From Longimicrobiales bacterium (lineage in GTDB: Bacteria > Gemmatimonadota > Gemmatimonadetes > Longimicrobiales > Gaopeijiaceae), in the NCBI GenBank assembly GCA_965238005.1, contig OZ250165.1, positions 1,056,001-1,120,000 on the forward strand: 64,000 nt of DNA. Direction: 5' to 3'. Under the pieces are notes generated by a model. That model was not told the DNA's origin. It saw only the letters and a program-made list of their open reading frames with translations, and made no database searches. Below are positions 19,468-29,709 of the stretch, in pieces (the stretch's first letter is position 1; each line of letters begins with the position of its first letter). Both the position numbers and the translations under genes were made by a program.

Positions 19468-20340
19468 TCACGAACACGACGGCACGTGCGGCTCGCGGTC
19501 GTGCCCTTCGTATCCCGGGTGACCGTAGCCCAGGTAGATCGTGTTGGTGGCAGTGTCCTCCCCGGGAGGGAACCCGAACCACCTCTCGTGGAGGCCCGCC
19601 AGCGTGCCGTCCAGCTTCATGCACTCGAGTGCATTCTCGACTTCTTTCCGGAGCTCGACGTCGTCCGGATGGAACACGAGCCCGAACTTGCCGGCGATCG
19701 GGAGGTTGTAGGCGACGGTAACGATCCCCAACTGGTCGGCCGTGTGCGTAACCGCGGGTAGATCGGACAGGTTCGCGAACGCACGCCGGTTGATCACGGC
19801 ACTCACCGCGTCGGGATTCGCCTGGTACCGCTGAACGGAGAAGCCAAGCCAGGCCTCGTTGATGCTCGCCCACGTGTCGGACACGGTTCCGATCTCCACC
19901 GCCAGGATCTTGCCACGCAGGTCCGTAACGTCCCGTAGCTCCGCACCCTGGAACACGAGGAAGCCCAATCCAGTGTCCATGTAGCCTTCGGAAAAGAGCA
20001 CGCGGCGTGCTCGATCGGGCGTGATGTTGGTGGGCGTCACGATCACCTCGAAGGCTCTGGCGAGCAGCGCGTCGAAGATGACCGAGAAGTCCCTGATGAC
20101 CAGCTTCGTGCCGGACCGTCCGATTCGCTTGGCGATCTCCGATGCCAGATCAAGGGAGAAGCCCTCGTATCCGCCGATCGGGTTCTCTGTCATGAACGGT
20201 GGATAGACGTCGGACCCGACGAGCAGGGGCCCCGAGCGGTCTTGCCCGCCGAGAGGCGCTCCTACCAAAAGGATCCCGAGGAGGACGCAGGCCGTCACCG
20301 CGCCATACCAAGGCGGAGTTGCACGATTGTTCCGACTCAT
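19468..20340 (-). CDS. Polar amino acid ABC transporter substrate-binding protein (SBP family 3)
   Basis: Signal peptide; VGSDVYPPF, EGFSLDL, ITPDR...FSEGY, DLRGK, DGTLAGLHERWFG. Confidence 0.9.
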   Translation of the reverse strand: MSRNNRATPPWYGAVTACVLLGILLVGAPLGGQDRSGPLLVGSDVYPPFMTENPIGGYEGFSLDLASEIAKRIGRSGTKLVIRDFSVIFDALLARAFEVIVTPTNITPDRARRVLFSEGYMDTGLGFLVFQGAELRDVTDLRGKILAVEIGTVSDTWASINEAWLGFSVQRYQANPDAVSAVINRRAFANLSDLPAVTHTADQLGIVTVAYNLPIAGKFGLVFHPDDVELRKEVENALECMKLDGTLAGLHERWFGFPPGEDTATNTIYLGYGHPGYEGHDREPHVPSCS

Positions 20341-20708
20341 GGGAGGAGCCTCCATCCGAGGTCAGTCGGTGGAACTCTGCAACTTTCTCCCCTCGGTCCG
20401 CCGTCGTCAAGCGAGGGTCGAGCCCCGCGCAACGGCTAGCGGCGACCAGCAGGACGGGGGGGCCGAACGCACGTAGGTGTCAGGAAACACCCGAAGGGCG
20501 CGGTTCTCAATCTGATTCCGACATAGGCCCATTCTTGGAGGGCCTTGCCCCCGAGGGCTTTTGAGGCTCCCTTCGGACAACGCGTGAATAGCAGTCCATT
20601 TCGACGTTGCCGAGCCCCCGGCTTCACCGCGGTCGGCCTCTCGACGTCGCCGCGCCGGATGAACACTGACGGAATCGCACGCGAAGAAGTCTCGACAAGG
20701 TCCGAACC

Positions 20709-21662
20709 ATGAAGATCATCAGTGCCGACGAGGTACATACCGCCCTCAGCTACCCGGAGTTGGTGGATGCATTACAGGAGGCCTTTGCCAAGGACTTCAC
20801 GCAGCCGCCGCGCCAGGTTCACATGCTGAATGACCAGGAAGACAACTTCGATGCGTTCGCGTTACTGCCGGCCTGGAATGACAAGATCGTCGCCGTCAAG
20901 GCCTTCACCTACTATCCGAGCAACCAACCGCCGTATCCGATTCTGCACTCGAAGGTCATGATCTTCGACCGGGAGCACGGCGAACCCCTGGGCCTGGTCG
21001 ACGGGACCACGGTCACCTTTTGGCGCACCGGCGGCGTGTCGGGCCTCGCCACGCGCCTGTTGAGCCGCGAAGACTCCAAGACGATGTTGCTCCTAGGTAC
21101 CGGCAATCTGTCGACATACATGGTCCGGGCCAACGCCTCGGTGCGGCCGCTCGAGAAGATCATGGTTTGGGGGAATCCCGGCGGCTTGCCTCCGGTGGCC
21201 GAGGCCGAGGACCTTATCGCCCGAGTCTCACCAGATCTTCCCGACATCGAGTTTTCTGTGGTCAACCATCTGGAAGCGGCATGCGGCGAAGCCGACATCA
21301 TCGTCTGTGCGACAGCTTCCCCTGACATCTTGGTCCGTGGCGCCTGGATCCAGGAAGGCACGCACCTGGATTTCATCGGCAACCATCATGCCGACAAGCG
21401 TGAATGTGACACCGAGGTGATCACCAAGGGCAAGGTCTACTGCGACAGTTACGTCAACGCCTTCAAGGAGGCCGGCGAGATCCTCCTACCGATCGAGGAA
21501 GGCGTGTTCACGAAGGAAGACCTTGTTGCCGAACTGTCGGAGATGTGTTCGGGCGCGGCCCCGCTGCGCTCCGACGACAAAGAGATCACCGTGTTCAAGG
21601 CGATCGGCCAGGCGATCACCGACCTGGTGGCCGCGAGCATGGCGTACTCGGCGTCTGAATAG
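20709..21662 (+). CDS. Ornithine cyclodeaminase/mu-crystallin family, probable Delta1-pyrroline-2-carboxylate reductase
   Basis: LLPAW, VKAFTYYP.N, TFWRTGG, LGTGNL, IVCAT, FKAIG..DL. Confidence 0.85.
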   Translation: MKIISADEVHTALSYPELVDALQEAFAKDFTQPPRQVHMLNDQEDNFDAFALLPAWNDKIVAVKAFTYYPSNQPPYPILHSKVMIFDREHGEPLGLVDGTTVTFWRTGGVSGLATRLLSREDSKTMLLLGTGNLSTYMVRANASVRPLEKIMVWGNPGGLPPVAEAEDLIARVSPDLPDIEFSVVNHLEAACGEADIIVCATASPDILVRGAWIQEGTHLDFIGNHHADKRECDTEVITKGKVYCDSYVNAFKEAGEILLPIEEGVFTKEDLVAELSEMCSGAAPLRSDDKEITVFKAIGQAITDLVAASMAYSASE

Positions 21663-21711
21663 GGCCGAGTCGAAGGCGCCGCCCGCCTCCGGAATCAGCT
21701 AGGAGTCGACG

Positions 21712-22632
21712 TTAGGCGGAAGTCGCCGCCGTTTGCTGCGGCCGCGTGGCCACGCAATTGCGCACGATGCCGAGGACGTGCTCGCGCTCTTTGCCGACGA
21801 GCGGCAGGCGAGGCGGTCGCGTTCGTTCGTGGCCGTAACCCAGCTCCTGACAGGTGAGCTTGATGTACTGCACCAACTTGGGGTGGGAGTCGAAGCGCAG
21901 CATCGGCATGTACCAGCGATAGATTTCCAAGGCTCGCTTGTAGTCTCCGACCATCGCGGCATCCCAGAGCACCCGATTCTCCCTGGGGAAAGCATCGACG
22001 AGGCCGGAGATCCAACCGGTGCAACCCAGCATGAAACTCTCCAGGGCCACGTCATCGAGGCCGGCGAAGATCAAGAAGCGGTCACCGAGGGCGTTGAAGA
22101 GGTCCGTGATCCGCCGGACATCGCCCGAGGCCTCTTTGATGCAGACGAAGTTCTCCACATCCGTCAACTCCTTGAACATTTCGGGCGTGATGTCGACGCG
22201 GTACACCGGCGGATTGTTGTAGCACATGATGGGCACGTGGGTGGATTCCGCCACCGTGCGGAAGTGTGCGATGGTTTCGCGCGGATCCGCCTTGTAGACC
22301 ATCGCTGGCAAGAGCATGATGCCGTCGACGCCGGCGTCCGCCGCCGCTCTTACGGTGCTGCAGGCGCCCTGGGTCGTGAATTCGGCGACGCCGCTGAGCA
22401 CTGGGACCTTGCCGCCCGCTACCTCGACCGTGGCGCGGAGTACATCCACCTTCTCAGACAAAGTGAGGGAAGTGCCTTCGCCGATCGTGCCGAGCATCAC
22501 GATCCCGTGAATGCCATTGTCCAGGAGCGCTTGGGTGTGCTTCTGGGTAGCCTCTAGGTCCACGGACAGGTCTTCCTTAAACTGCGTCGGTATCGCGGGG
22601 AAAACGCCTTCCCAATCGACTTGTAACGGCAT
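21712..22632 (-). CDS. DapA-like aldolase family, probable Delta1-pyrroline-4-hydroxy-2-carboxylate deaminase
   Basis: WEGVFPAIPTQF, GTIGE, YNNP..Y, IKEASGD, GWISGL..AFP, KLVQYIKL. Confidence 0.8.
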   Translation of the reverse strand: MPLQVDWEGVFPAIPTQFKEDLSVDLEATQKHTQALLDNGIHGIVMLGTIGEGTSLTLSEKVDVLRATVEVAGGKVPVLSGVAEFTTQGACSTVRAAADAGVDGIMLLPAMVYKADPRETIAHFRTVAESTHVPIMCYNNPPVYRVDITPEMFKELTDVENFVCIKEASGDVRRITDLFNALGDRFLIFAGLDDVALESFMLGCTGWISGLVDAFPRENRVLWDAAMVGDYKRALEIYRWYMPMLRFDSHPKLVQYIKLTCQELGYGHERTRPPRLPLVGKEREHVLGIVRNCVATRPQQTAATSA

Positions 22633-23015
22633 CTGGACTCTCTTTCGGTATGCCTGAAGGTCCTCGCTACCCGGCTCGTTCCGAGGCTCGGTCGGAGCGT
22701 AGTAAGTAACGGCTTCTCTGACAAGTGCCGCTAACCATACGACCGCCGAGGAGCCCGGGACCAGAGACCCCCTGCTCAGAGCCTTCCAGCTCCGCCGGCT
22801 GGACCTGCAAACCGGCCGTATCGTCGAGCTCACCCACGGCGTGGAGGGAGGAAGCTACCGAGGCTCTTCCGGAGGAGCCTACGCGCCCTTTATGGTTGTC
22901 CGTCTCTCGGGGAGGTCGCATTCTTGTGATGTCGGATGCTTGCGGCCATGGGACCGGTACTTCGCTCGAGAGGTCCAAGACGAGGGCCGGACGTAATCGA
23001 GGATAGGGGTCGTCG

Positions 23016-26000
23016 ATGCCAAGTACGGCAGCTTGCGTAACGTGCGGTAAGCGCGTTTTCGTCGACGATCGTTTCTGCGCCGGTTGTGGGACGCCGGTCG
23101 ATATCCGGGATGCCGGCTCGGAACCGGGCACCGATGACGCGGTCGCCGGCTCCACCATCTGCCCCACATGCGCAGGTCCGTTGCTGCCGGGGGACGAGTT
23201 CTGCTCCAAGTGCGGCACTCGGACTCCCGACGCCCCAACCATACAGTCCGACGTATCGGTGCGCCGGGTCATCGCAGATAGTCTTGCCAAGGCGACGGTC
23301 GGTGACTTCGAGATCGTCCGCGAGCTCGGGCGTGGAGCTATGGGCGCCGTGTACTTGGCTAGAGATCTCGCCCTGGGTCGAAAGGTCGCCATCAAGCTCA
23401 TCGCTCCGGCGTTCCTCGACAATCCTACGATGGTGGAGCGCTTCATGCTCGAGGCCCAGACCGTCGCCTCACTCCGGCATCCCAACATTGTCAACATTCA
23501 CGCGGTCCGAGAGTTCGCCGATCTCCATTACTTCGTGATGGACTTCATCGATGGCCCATCACTGCGAAGAGTTCTGAGGAACCACGGCCCTCTGGAGATC
23601 CCCGTTGTCCAAGCGCTGCTGTTCCAGAAGGCAGCGCGCTGAGCTATGCGCATCGGCGCGGCCGGGGTGTCATCCATCGCGACGTGAAGCCAGCCAACAT
23701 CATGCTCGACCGTGAGGGCAACGCCTTCATAACGGACTTTGGAATCTCGAAGATCGCCCAGTCGAAGAGCGGCCTGACGGTGACCGGTACGACCGTCGGC
23801 ACGCCGGACTACATGAGCCCGGAGCAGTGCAGAGATGAAGTCCTCACGGGCGCCTCCGACCAGTACGCGCTGGGGATCGTCGCCTATGAGATGCTCTGCG
23901 GCGCCCCGCCCTTCACCGGGTCGCACCACGTAGTCATGTTTGCCCACACCTCTGACGAGCCATCACCAGTTACCGAGATCAGGGCGGACTGCCCTTCAGA
24001 GGTTGCCGACGCGGTCATGCGCATGCTCGCGAAGTCTCCCGAGGATCGCTGGCCGGAGGTCGGCACTGCCGTCGAGGCTCTTGGAGGCAGGCCGCTGGTC
24101 CATAGCGATCCCGTGCGCAGCGCCATCCTCAGGCTCATGGAGACGGGCCTCGGAGTGAGCGCTGGACTTGATACAGGCTCGCCCCTGAGCCCGGTTCCCG
24201 GGGCCGACAGCGTGGACGCGTTGATCCCGGCCTCCGTAAGCATCTCCGGCCTTCCGGCGTGGGTCGAGGCCGGGGATTCCTTCACGCTTCGAGCAGACGC
24301 CCTCGGGGCCGCAGGGGCGGAGATTCCGGATCTCGATGCGCTCTGGGCGACAAGTGATCCTTCCATCGCGATCGTGGACGGTGGGGCCGTTCAAGCCATC
24401 GCGGCCGGGCCTGTTTCCATTACGGCGACGGTCGGGTCGGTGGCCAACACGGTCATCCTCACGGTCGCGGATCCGAGCGTGGCCCAGATCGCGGTCATCC
24501 CGAGCACGGTGCGCACCGAGCCTGGTGCCCGGATTCCGCTGAGGGCCGACATCGAGGACCGCCGAGGAAATAGACTCGAGCGGGATGTCCGGTGGGCCAG
24601 CGACGCCGACGCCATCGTAACTGTGTCAGGAGAGGGTGAGGCTGAGGCCCATGCCCCGGGCAGCGCCACAGTTACAGCCGAAGTCGACGGCATCCTCGGA
24701 AACGCGAGGATCACTGTAGAGGACGCGGAAGTCCGTGCGATCCAGCTGTCCCAAGTGCCGAAATCGGTAGTGGTGGGTGACGAATTCTCGGTCGTGGCTT
24801 CGCTCACCGACGCGAGGGGCGTGGCTCTCGATCGGGAGGTCACCTGGGAGTCCAGTGATGCTGAGGTTGCGACGGTCGAAGGGGGTGTAGTCACGGCCGT
24901 GGCTGTGGGGACCGTGACGATCACGGCCAGCTGCGACGAGCAATCGGCTGCGGTGGACGTCACGATCTTGCCGCAGCCCGTGGCATCCATCGAGATCTCC
25001 GGGCTTCCGGAGTCGCCGCGGGTGGGTGACGAATTCTCGGTCGTGGCTTCGCTCATCGACGCGAGGGGCGTGGCTCTCGATCGGGAGGTCACCTGGGAGT
25101 CCAGTGATGCTGAGATTGCGACGGTCGAAGGGGGTGTAGTCACGGCCGTGGCTGTGGGGACAGTGACGATCACGGCCAGCTGCGACGAGCAATCGGCTGC
25201 GGTGGACGTCACGATCTTGCCGCAGCCCGTGGCATCCATCGAGATCTCCGGGCTTCCGAAGTCGACGAAGGCCGGTGATCGATTTCAGCTCGACGCCACG
25301 CCCCTCGATCCGCAAGGCCTGAGCCTACCGAGGAAGGTGGAGTGGCGTTCGAGCGACAAGTCTGTGGCCAGCGTGTCCAAGGCGGGCATGGTGCACGCCA
25401 GGAGGGTGGGAGAGGTCGAGATCGTCGCCGGCGCCGACGATGTGGATGGAGTCGTAAGGCTCGTCGTTGAACAGGCCGCCATCCCGGCTCCGGCGCGCCC
25501 AGAGGCCGCCACCCCCGCGGCGCCGACGCGTCCATCGGCCCGTCCCCGCCCGGCCTGGCGGGTCGCGGCGTTCGCGGTGCCGGTCATCATCGTCGGTGCG
25601 GTAGTTTGGTTGCGGCCGGGCTTTCTGGCGCGACTTACCGACTCCGTGGTGACCGCGGCCGGAACGGTGGAACCGTCCGACGCGACCATCGGGCCGGGTG
25701 ACAGTGTCATCCTGGCGGCGGTGGCGCGGGACGCGGGTGGGGGTCCGATCGCCGGGAGGGCAACGAGCTGGTCTTCGGACGATACCCTGGTTGCGACGGT
25801 TGATCCCGAGGGTATGGTGGTCGCGCGGGCAGCGGGAATCACCAGCATCGCGGCGGTTATCGACGGGGTCGAAGCGCTCACGACGATCACCGTGCTGCCC
25901 GGTGCGGAGACCATCGAGGAAACCGTGGCTGAGGGACCGGACCCTTCCTCGGGGCCCGATCAGGACCGGACGGCCGTCGGAGAGCCCGAGGTGGATACGA

Positions 26001-27163
26001 CCCCGGCGTCACCTCCGGCTCCGCGGGTCGCCTCCGTCTCGGTCACCGTGCTGAACTCCACCATGATCGAGGGGATGGGACAGGCTGTGGCGCTGCGCAT
26101 CGTCGACCCGCGAGGCGAAAGGCTTCCGGCGCGGAATCACGCAGTTTCGTGGCGGTCGACGGACGCGTCGGTGGTGTCGGTCAGCGCTCGAGGAGACACG
26201 CTCACTGCGCGGGCACCAGGCCGCGCGTATGTCGTCGCGATCGTGGACGGGGTGGCCGACAGCGTCCTGGTGAGCGTGGACGCGCGCGTAGCCTCTGTCT
26301 CTATCGGCGTGTCGAGTACCTCGATGAGGGAGGGGACGGTCCAGCCGCTGGCCCTTAGGGTCCTCGACGCGAGAGGCGCCACACTGCAAGCCCAGGAGCA
26401 TCCGGCTGCATGGCGCTCGACCAATACCGCAGTGGTGTCGGTCGGTATTCGGGGGGACTCCCTTGCTGCGCGAGGGCCAGGCCGCGCTTACGTCGTCGCC
26501 ACCGTCGACGGAGCGCGTGACAGTGTCCTGGTAAGCGTGGAGGCCTCGGTTGCGGCTGTCGAGATCCAGGGCGGTGACTTCACGCTGACTGAGCGTTCTT
26601 CGACAGTGCTGCAGGCCGTCGTTCTCGGGTCGTCACGGCAGCGCCTGAGCAACCGCCAGCTGCGTTGGGTCTCGTCCGATCCGCGAGTGGCGAGTGTGGA
26701 TAGCCGCACGGGCCGGGTAACGGGCAATCTGCCGGGGACTGCGCGGATCGCGGCCCAGAGCGAGGGTCTGGAGGGTCGAGTGACAGTAGTCGTGGAGTCG
26801 GCGGCGCCGGAGCCTCCCACAACCGCGGAGGTCCAGGCAGAGGTCGACCTCTACCTCTCGCTCCTGGTCGCCGGCGACAGAGATGGAGTCCAGGCCTTGT
26901 TCGGAAATACCGCTGAGGACGAGCAGCACCAGCAGCTCCTCGACCTTCTGGGTCAAAGAAACTTCAGCGCGGAACTGGTGGAGGTGGGTGACGTGTCGGT
27001 GTCGGCGGATCGGGCCGCCGTTCGCTTCGATGTGGAGCTCAGCTGGCGCAGCTTCACAGGGAGTACCCGTCAGCGACCGGCGGCATTTCGAGCCTCGCTC
27101 GAGAACGTCGGGCAGGGATGGCGGATGACGTCGTGTACGATGGTCGGGCAGGGCGAGCCCTGA
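23016..27163 (+). pseudogene. Hanks-type Ser/Thr kinase with double zinc ribbon, about nine Big_2 Ig-like domains and one TM helix; single-base frameshift near 23628
   Basis: Four CxxC pairs; ELGRGAMGAVY, VAIK; after the shift GSALSYAH..HRDVKPANI, DFG, GTPDYMSPEQ; W.SSD..VA.V Ig repeats. May be intact if the shift is a sequencing error. Confidence 0.88.
24772..25258 (+). repeat. Near-identical tandem duplication of one Ig domain (period 249 bp)
   Basis: Copies begin at 24772 and 25021 and differ by only a few substitutions. Confidence 0.9.
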
Positions 27164-27186
27164 GGGAGCCTCGAGGGAGCCCTACG

Positions 27187-27773
27187 TTAGCCTCCGAACC
27201 CGATGGCGAGCCCCGCCCGGAGGATCAAGTTGCTCCCCGTCCCCATGTCGAAGAGGGTATTTGCGATGGTTGCCTCGCCCAGATCCTTCCATCCCAGGGT
27301 CACTCCGAGGTCGAGGTTCATCGTGGACCCGAGGCGGACAAGCAGCCCTCCGCCCCCGTTGACAGTGTAGCCGGTGGCCGAGCTGTTCGCCGCACCCTCC
27401 TCCACGAAGATCTCGGAGACACAGCGAAGCGGCCCGACAGGTATGGCACGGCCTTGTCGCTGCCGGTGTCGATCACGTAGCGGGGTTCCAGGAAACCACC
27501 GGTCAGTTTGACGGTCCGGTTAAGCGTGTTATCCACGTCGTGGAAGGTCTGCTCGATCCCCGCGCCGAACGAAAGGGCTCCGGCGTTCCAGCGAAGCTGC
27601 GCTTCCCACCCCGGGCCAGAGGTTACGGCCTGCAGCCCCCCCCCGAAGGGAACGCTGCCCAGCGCCGACGCCGGAAACGAAAACGGCTGGGCGGATTGGG
27701 CCACGGAGCTCACTGGGAGCAGAAAAAGAGCAGAAAGAATCAGGCCTAGGCTCACCTTCACGAATCTGGTCAC
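27187..27773 (-). pseudogene. Outer-membrane beta-barrel protein, frameshifted and separated from its RBS by IS1182
   Basis: Signal peptide, amphipathic strands, LEPRY, PYLSG, C-term LAIGF; extra GT dinucleotide near 27420. Confidence 0.7.
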
Positions 27774-27780
27774 GGTCTAG

Positions 27781-29381
27781 GAGTCTGCGCCGCAGAACCC
27801 TGCGGCGGCTATCTTTGGTGGTAGCGAAGGCATTGGGAAGGCTTGCGGATCACCGAGGGGGGTGAATGGGAACGACATTTCGACCGTACGATCCGGAGCA
27901 GATGTTGTTGCTGCCTCCGGATCTTCGGGAGTGGGTGTCGGAGGGTCATTTGGCGCACCATGTGAGCGACCTGGTGGACGCGGTGGAGCTGAGCGCGTTC
28001 TACGGGCGGTACCGGGGGGACGGGCGGCGCAACTCGCCGTACGACCCTCGGATGATGGTCAAGGTGCTGATCTACGCGTATGCGACGGGCACCTTCTCGT
28101 CGCGGAAGATGGCGAGGAAGCTGGAGGAGGATGTCGCGTTTCGGATGCTGGCGGCGGAGAACTTCCCGAAGCACCGGACGCTGTGCGAGTTCCGCAAGCG
28201 CCATCTCGGGGATTTCCGGGCGGTGTTTGTGGAGGTGGTGATGCTCGCGCGGGCCTTGGGGCTGGCGGGGCTTGGCAGGGTGTCGGTGGACGGGACGAAG
28301 GTTCGGGCGAACGCGAACAAGCGCAAGGCGATGAGCTACGGCCGGATGGTGACCGGGGAGCCTCGGCTGGAGGCGGAGATCCGGGGGCTGTTGGAGAGGG
28401 CCGAGGCGGTGGACGAAGCGGAAGACGAGCGCTACGGCGAGGAAGCATGCGGAGACGAGGTGCCGGAGGAGCTCAAGCGGCGCGAGGACCGGCTGGCGGC
28501 GATCCGGGAGGCGAAGGCGCGCCTGGAAGCCGAGCAGAGAGCGGCGGACGACGCACGGGGCCGCAAGCCGGGGCAGACGCGCAACCCGAAGGGCGGCAGG
28601 CCCTACAAGCGGGAGTACGGAGAGCCGGACGAGGCGGCGCAGAGCAACTTCACGGACCCTGAGAGCCGGATCATGAAGACGAGTTCGGAGGGGTTCCAGC
28701 AGTGCTACAACGCACAGACGGTCGTGGAGGGGGAGAACCAGCTGGTGGTCGGGGCCGAGGTGACGGACAACGCGAGCGACCAGGGCCAGCTGGTGCCCAT
28801 GGTCGACGCGGTGGCGCAAGCGTACGGCGAGACGCCGGCGCAGGTGCTGGCGGACACGGGCTATTGCAACGAGCGGGATCTCGAGGAACTGGAAGAGCGA
28901 GACATCGACGGGTATGTGGCGCTGGCCCGGGAGGGCAAGGCCGCCCCCACGGTTGACAAGGAGGAATATCCGGCGAAAGTCCGCATGGCGGAGAAGCTGG
29001 CGAGCGAAGATGGCCGCAGACGCTACGCACGGCGAAAGTCGCAGGCCGAGGCGCCCATCGGCTGGATCAAGGAAGTGATGGGCTTTCGACGATTCAGCTT
29101 CCGGGGCCTCGAGAAGGTCCGGGCCGAGTGGACCCTCGTGTGCCTGGCACTCAATGTGAAGCGGCTGCACACCCCTCAGGCGGCATGACTGCACGAGGGT
29201 TCACCCGCATCTGCCGGCGCGAGGGCTCTCGTAGCTCTCTTGCCCCCCCAACGCATCCATTCCGCTCTCCCGATCCGTCGCAGACACAAGTCCTCAACCT
29301 CCCAATCACCCGGATCCGCCTCGCCGCGGACGGCTCGATGACCATTCGGCTCAGTCAGCTGTGCTTCTGCGGCGCAGACTC
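27781..29381 (+). mobile_element. IS1182-family insertion sequence, copy 2
   Basis: Same 17-bp IRs as copy 1; CTAG at 27777-27780 and 29382-29385. Confidence 0.95.
27866..29188 (+). CDS. IS1182-family DDE transposase
   Basis: Identical to copy 1 except L/P near the C-terminus. Confidence 0.93.
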   Translation: MGTTFRPYDPEQMLLLPPDLREWVSEGHLAHHVSDLVDAVELSAFYGRYRGDGRRNSPYDPRMMVKVLIYAYATGTFSSRKMARKLEEDVAFRMLAAENFPKHRTLCEFRKRHLGDFRAVFVEVVMLARALGLAGLGRVSVDGTKVRANANKRKAMSYGRMVTGEPRLEAEIRGLLERAEAVDEAEDERYGEEACGDEVPEELKRREDRLAAIREAKARLEAEQRAADDARGRKPGQTRNPKGGRPYKREYGEPDEAAQSNFTDPESRIMKTSSEGFQQCYNAQTVVEGENQLVVGAEVTDNASDQGQLVPMVDAVAQAYGETPAQVLADTGYCNERDLEELEERDIDGYVALAREGKAAPTVDKEEYPAKVRMAEKLASEDGRRRYARRKSQAEAPIGWIKEVMGFRRFSFRGLEKVRAEWTLVCLALNVKRLHTPQAA

Positions 29382-29709
29382 CTAGCCTCCCATGGCTCCC
29401 ACGATCAAGGTGATACGAAAAGTACCTTAAGCTCACGCGACCCCGACGAGGCACCGTTGTAGAAGCCCTGTACCGGGCGCTTGCGCCTGCCATAAAGCTA
29501 CGGCGCTGCCATCACCGGGGCCACTGCATCGCCTGCGTACCCATGGGATCCCACTCGTGGAGCTGGCCAGCATGACGGGACGTGACCCGAGAAGAGCGTC
29601 GGGAGCACTCAGGCGGTCATTGCGGGCCGCGGCCTGGTCCGATTATTTATCAGTCCAGGTCTGCCGGGCACCACTTGCTGTGGGTAAGCTCGCGTGCGGA
29701 GGTGATCTG

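Noticed and set aside
20356..20708. Possible riboswitch in the divergent intergenic region
   Set aside because: Only small hairpins; no conserved aptamer motif recognised; would need an Rfam scan
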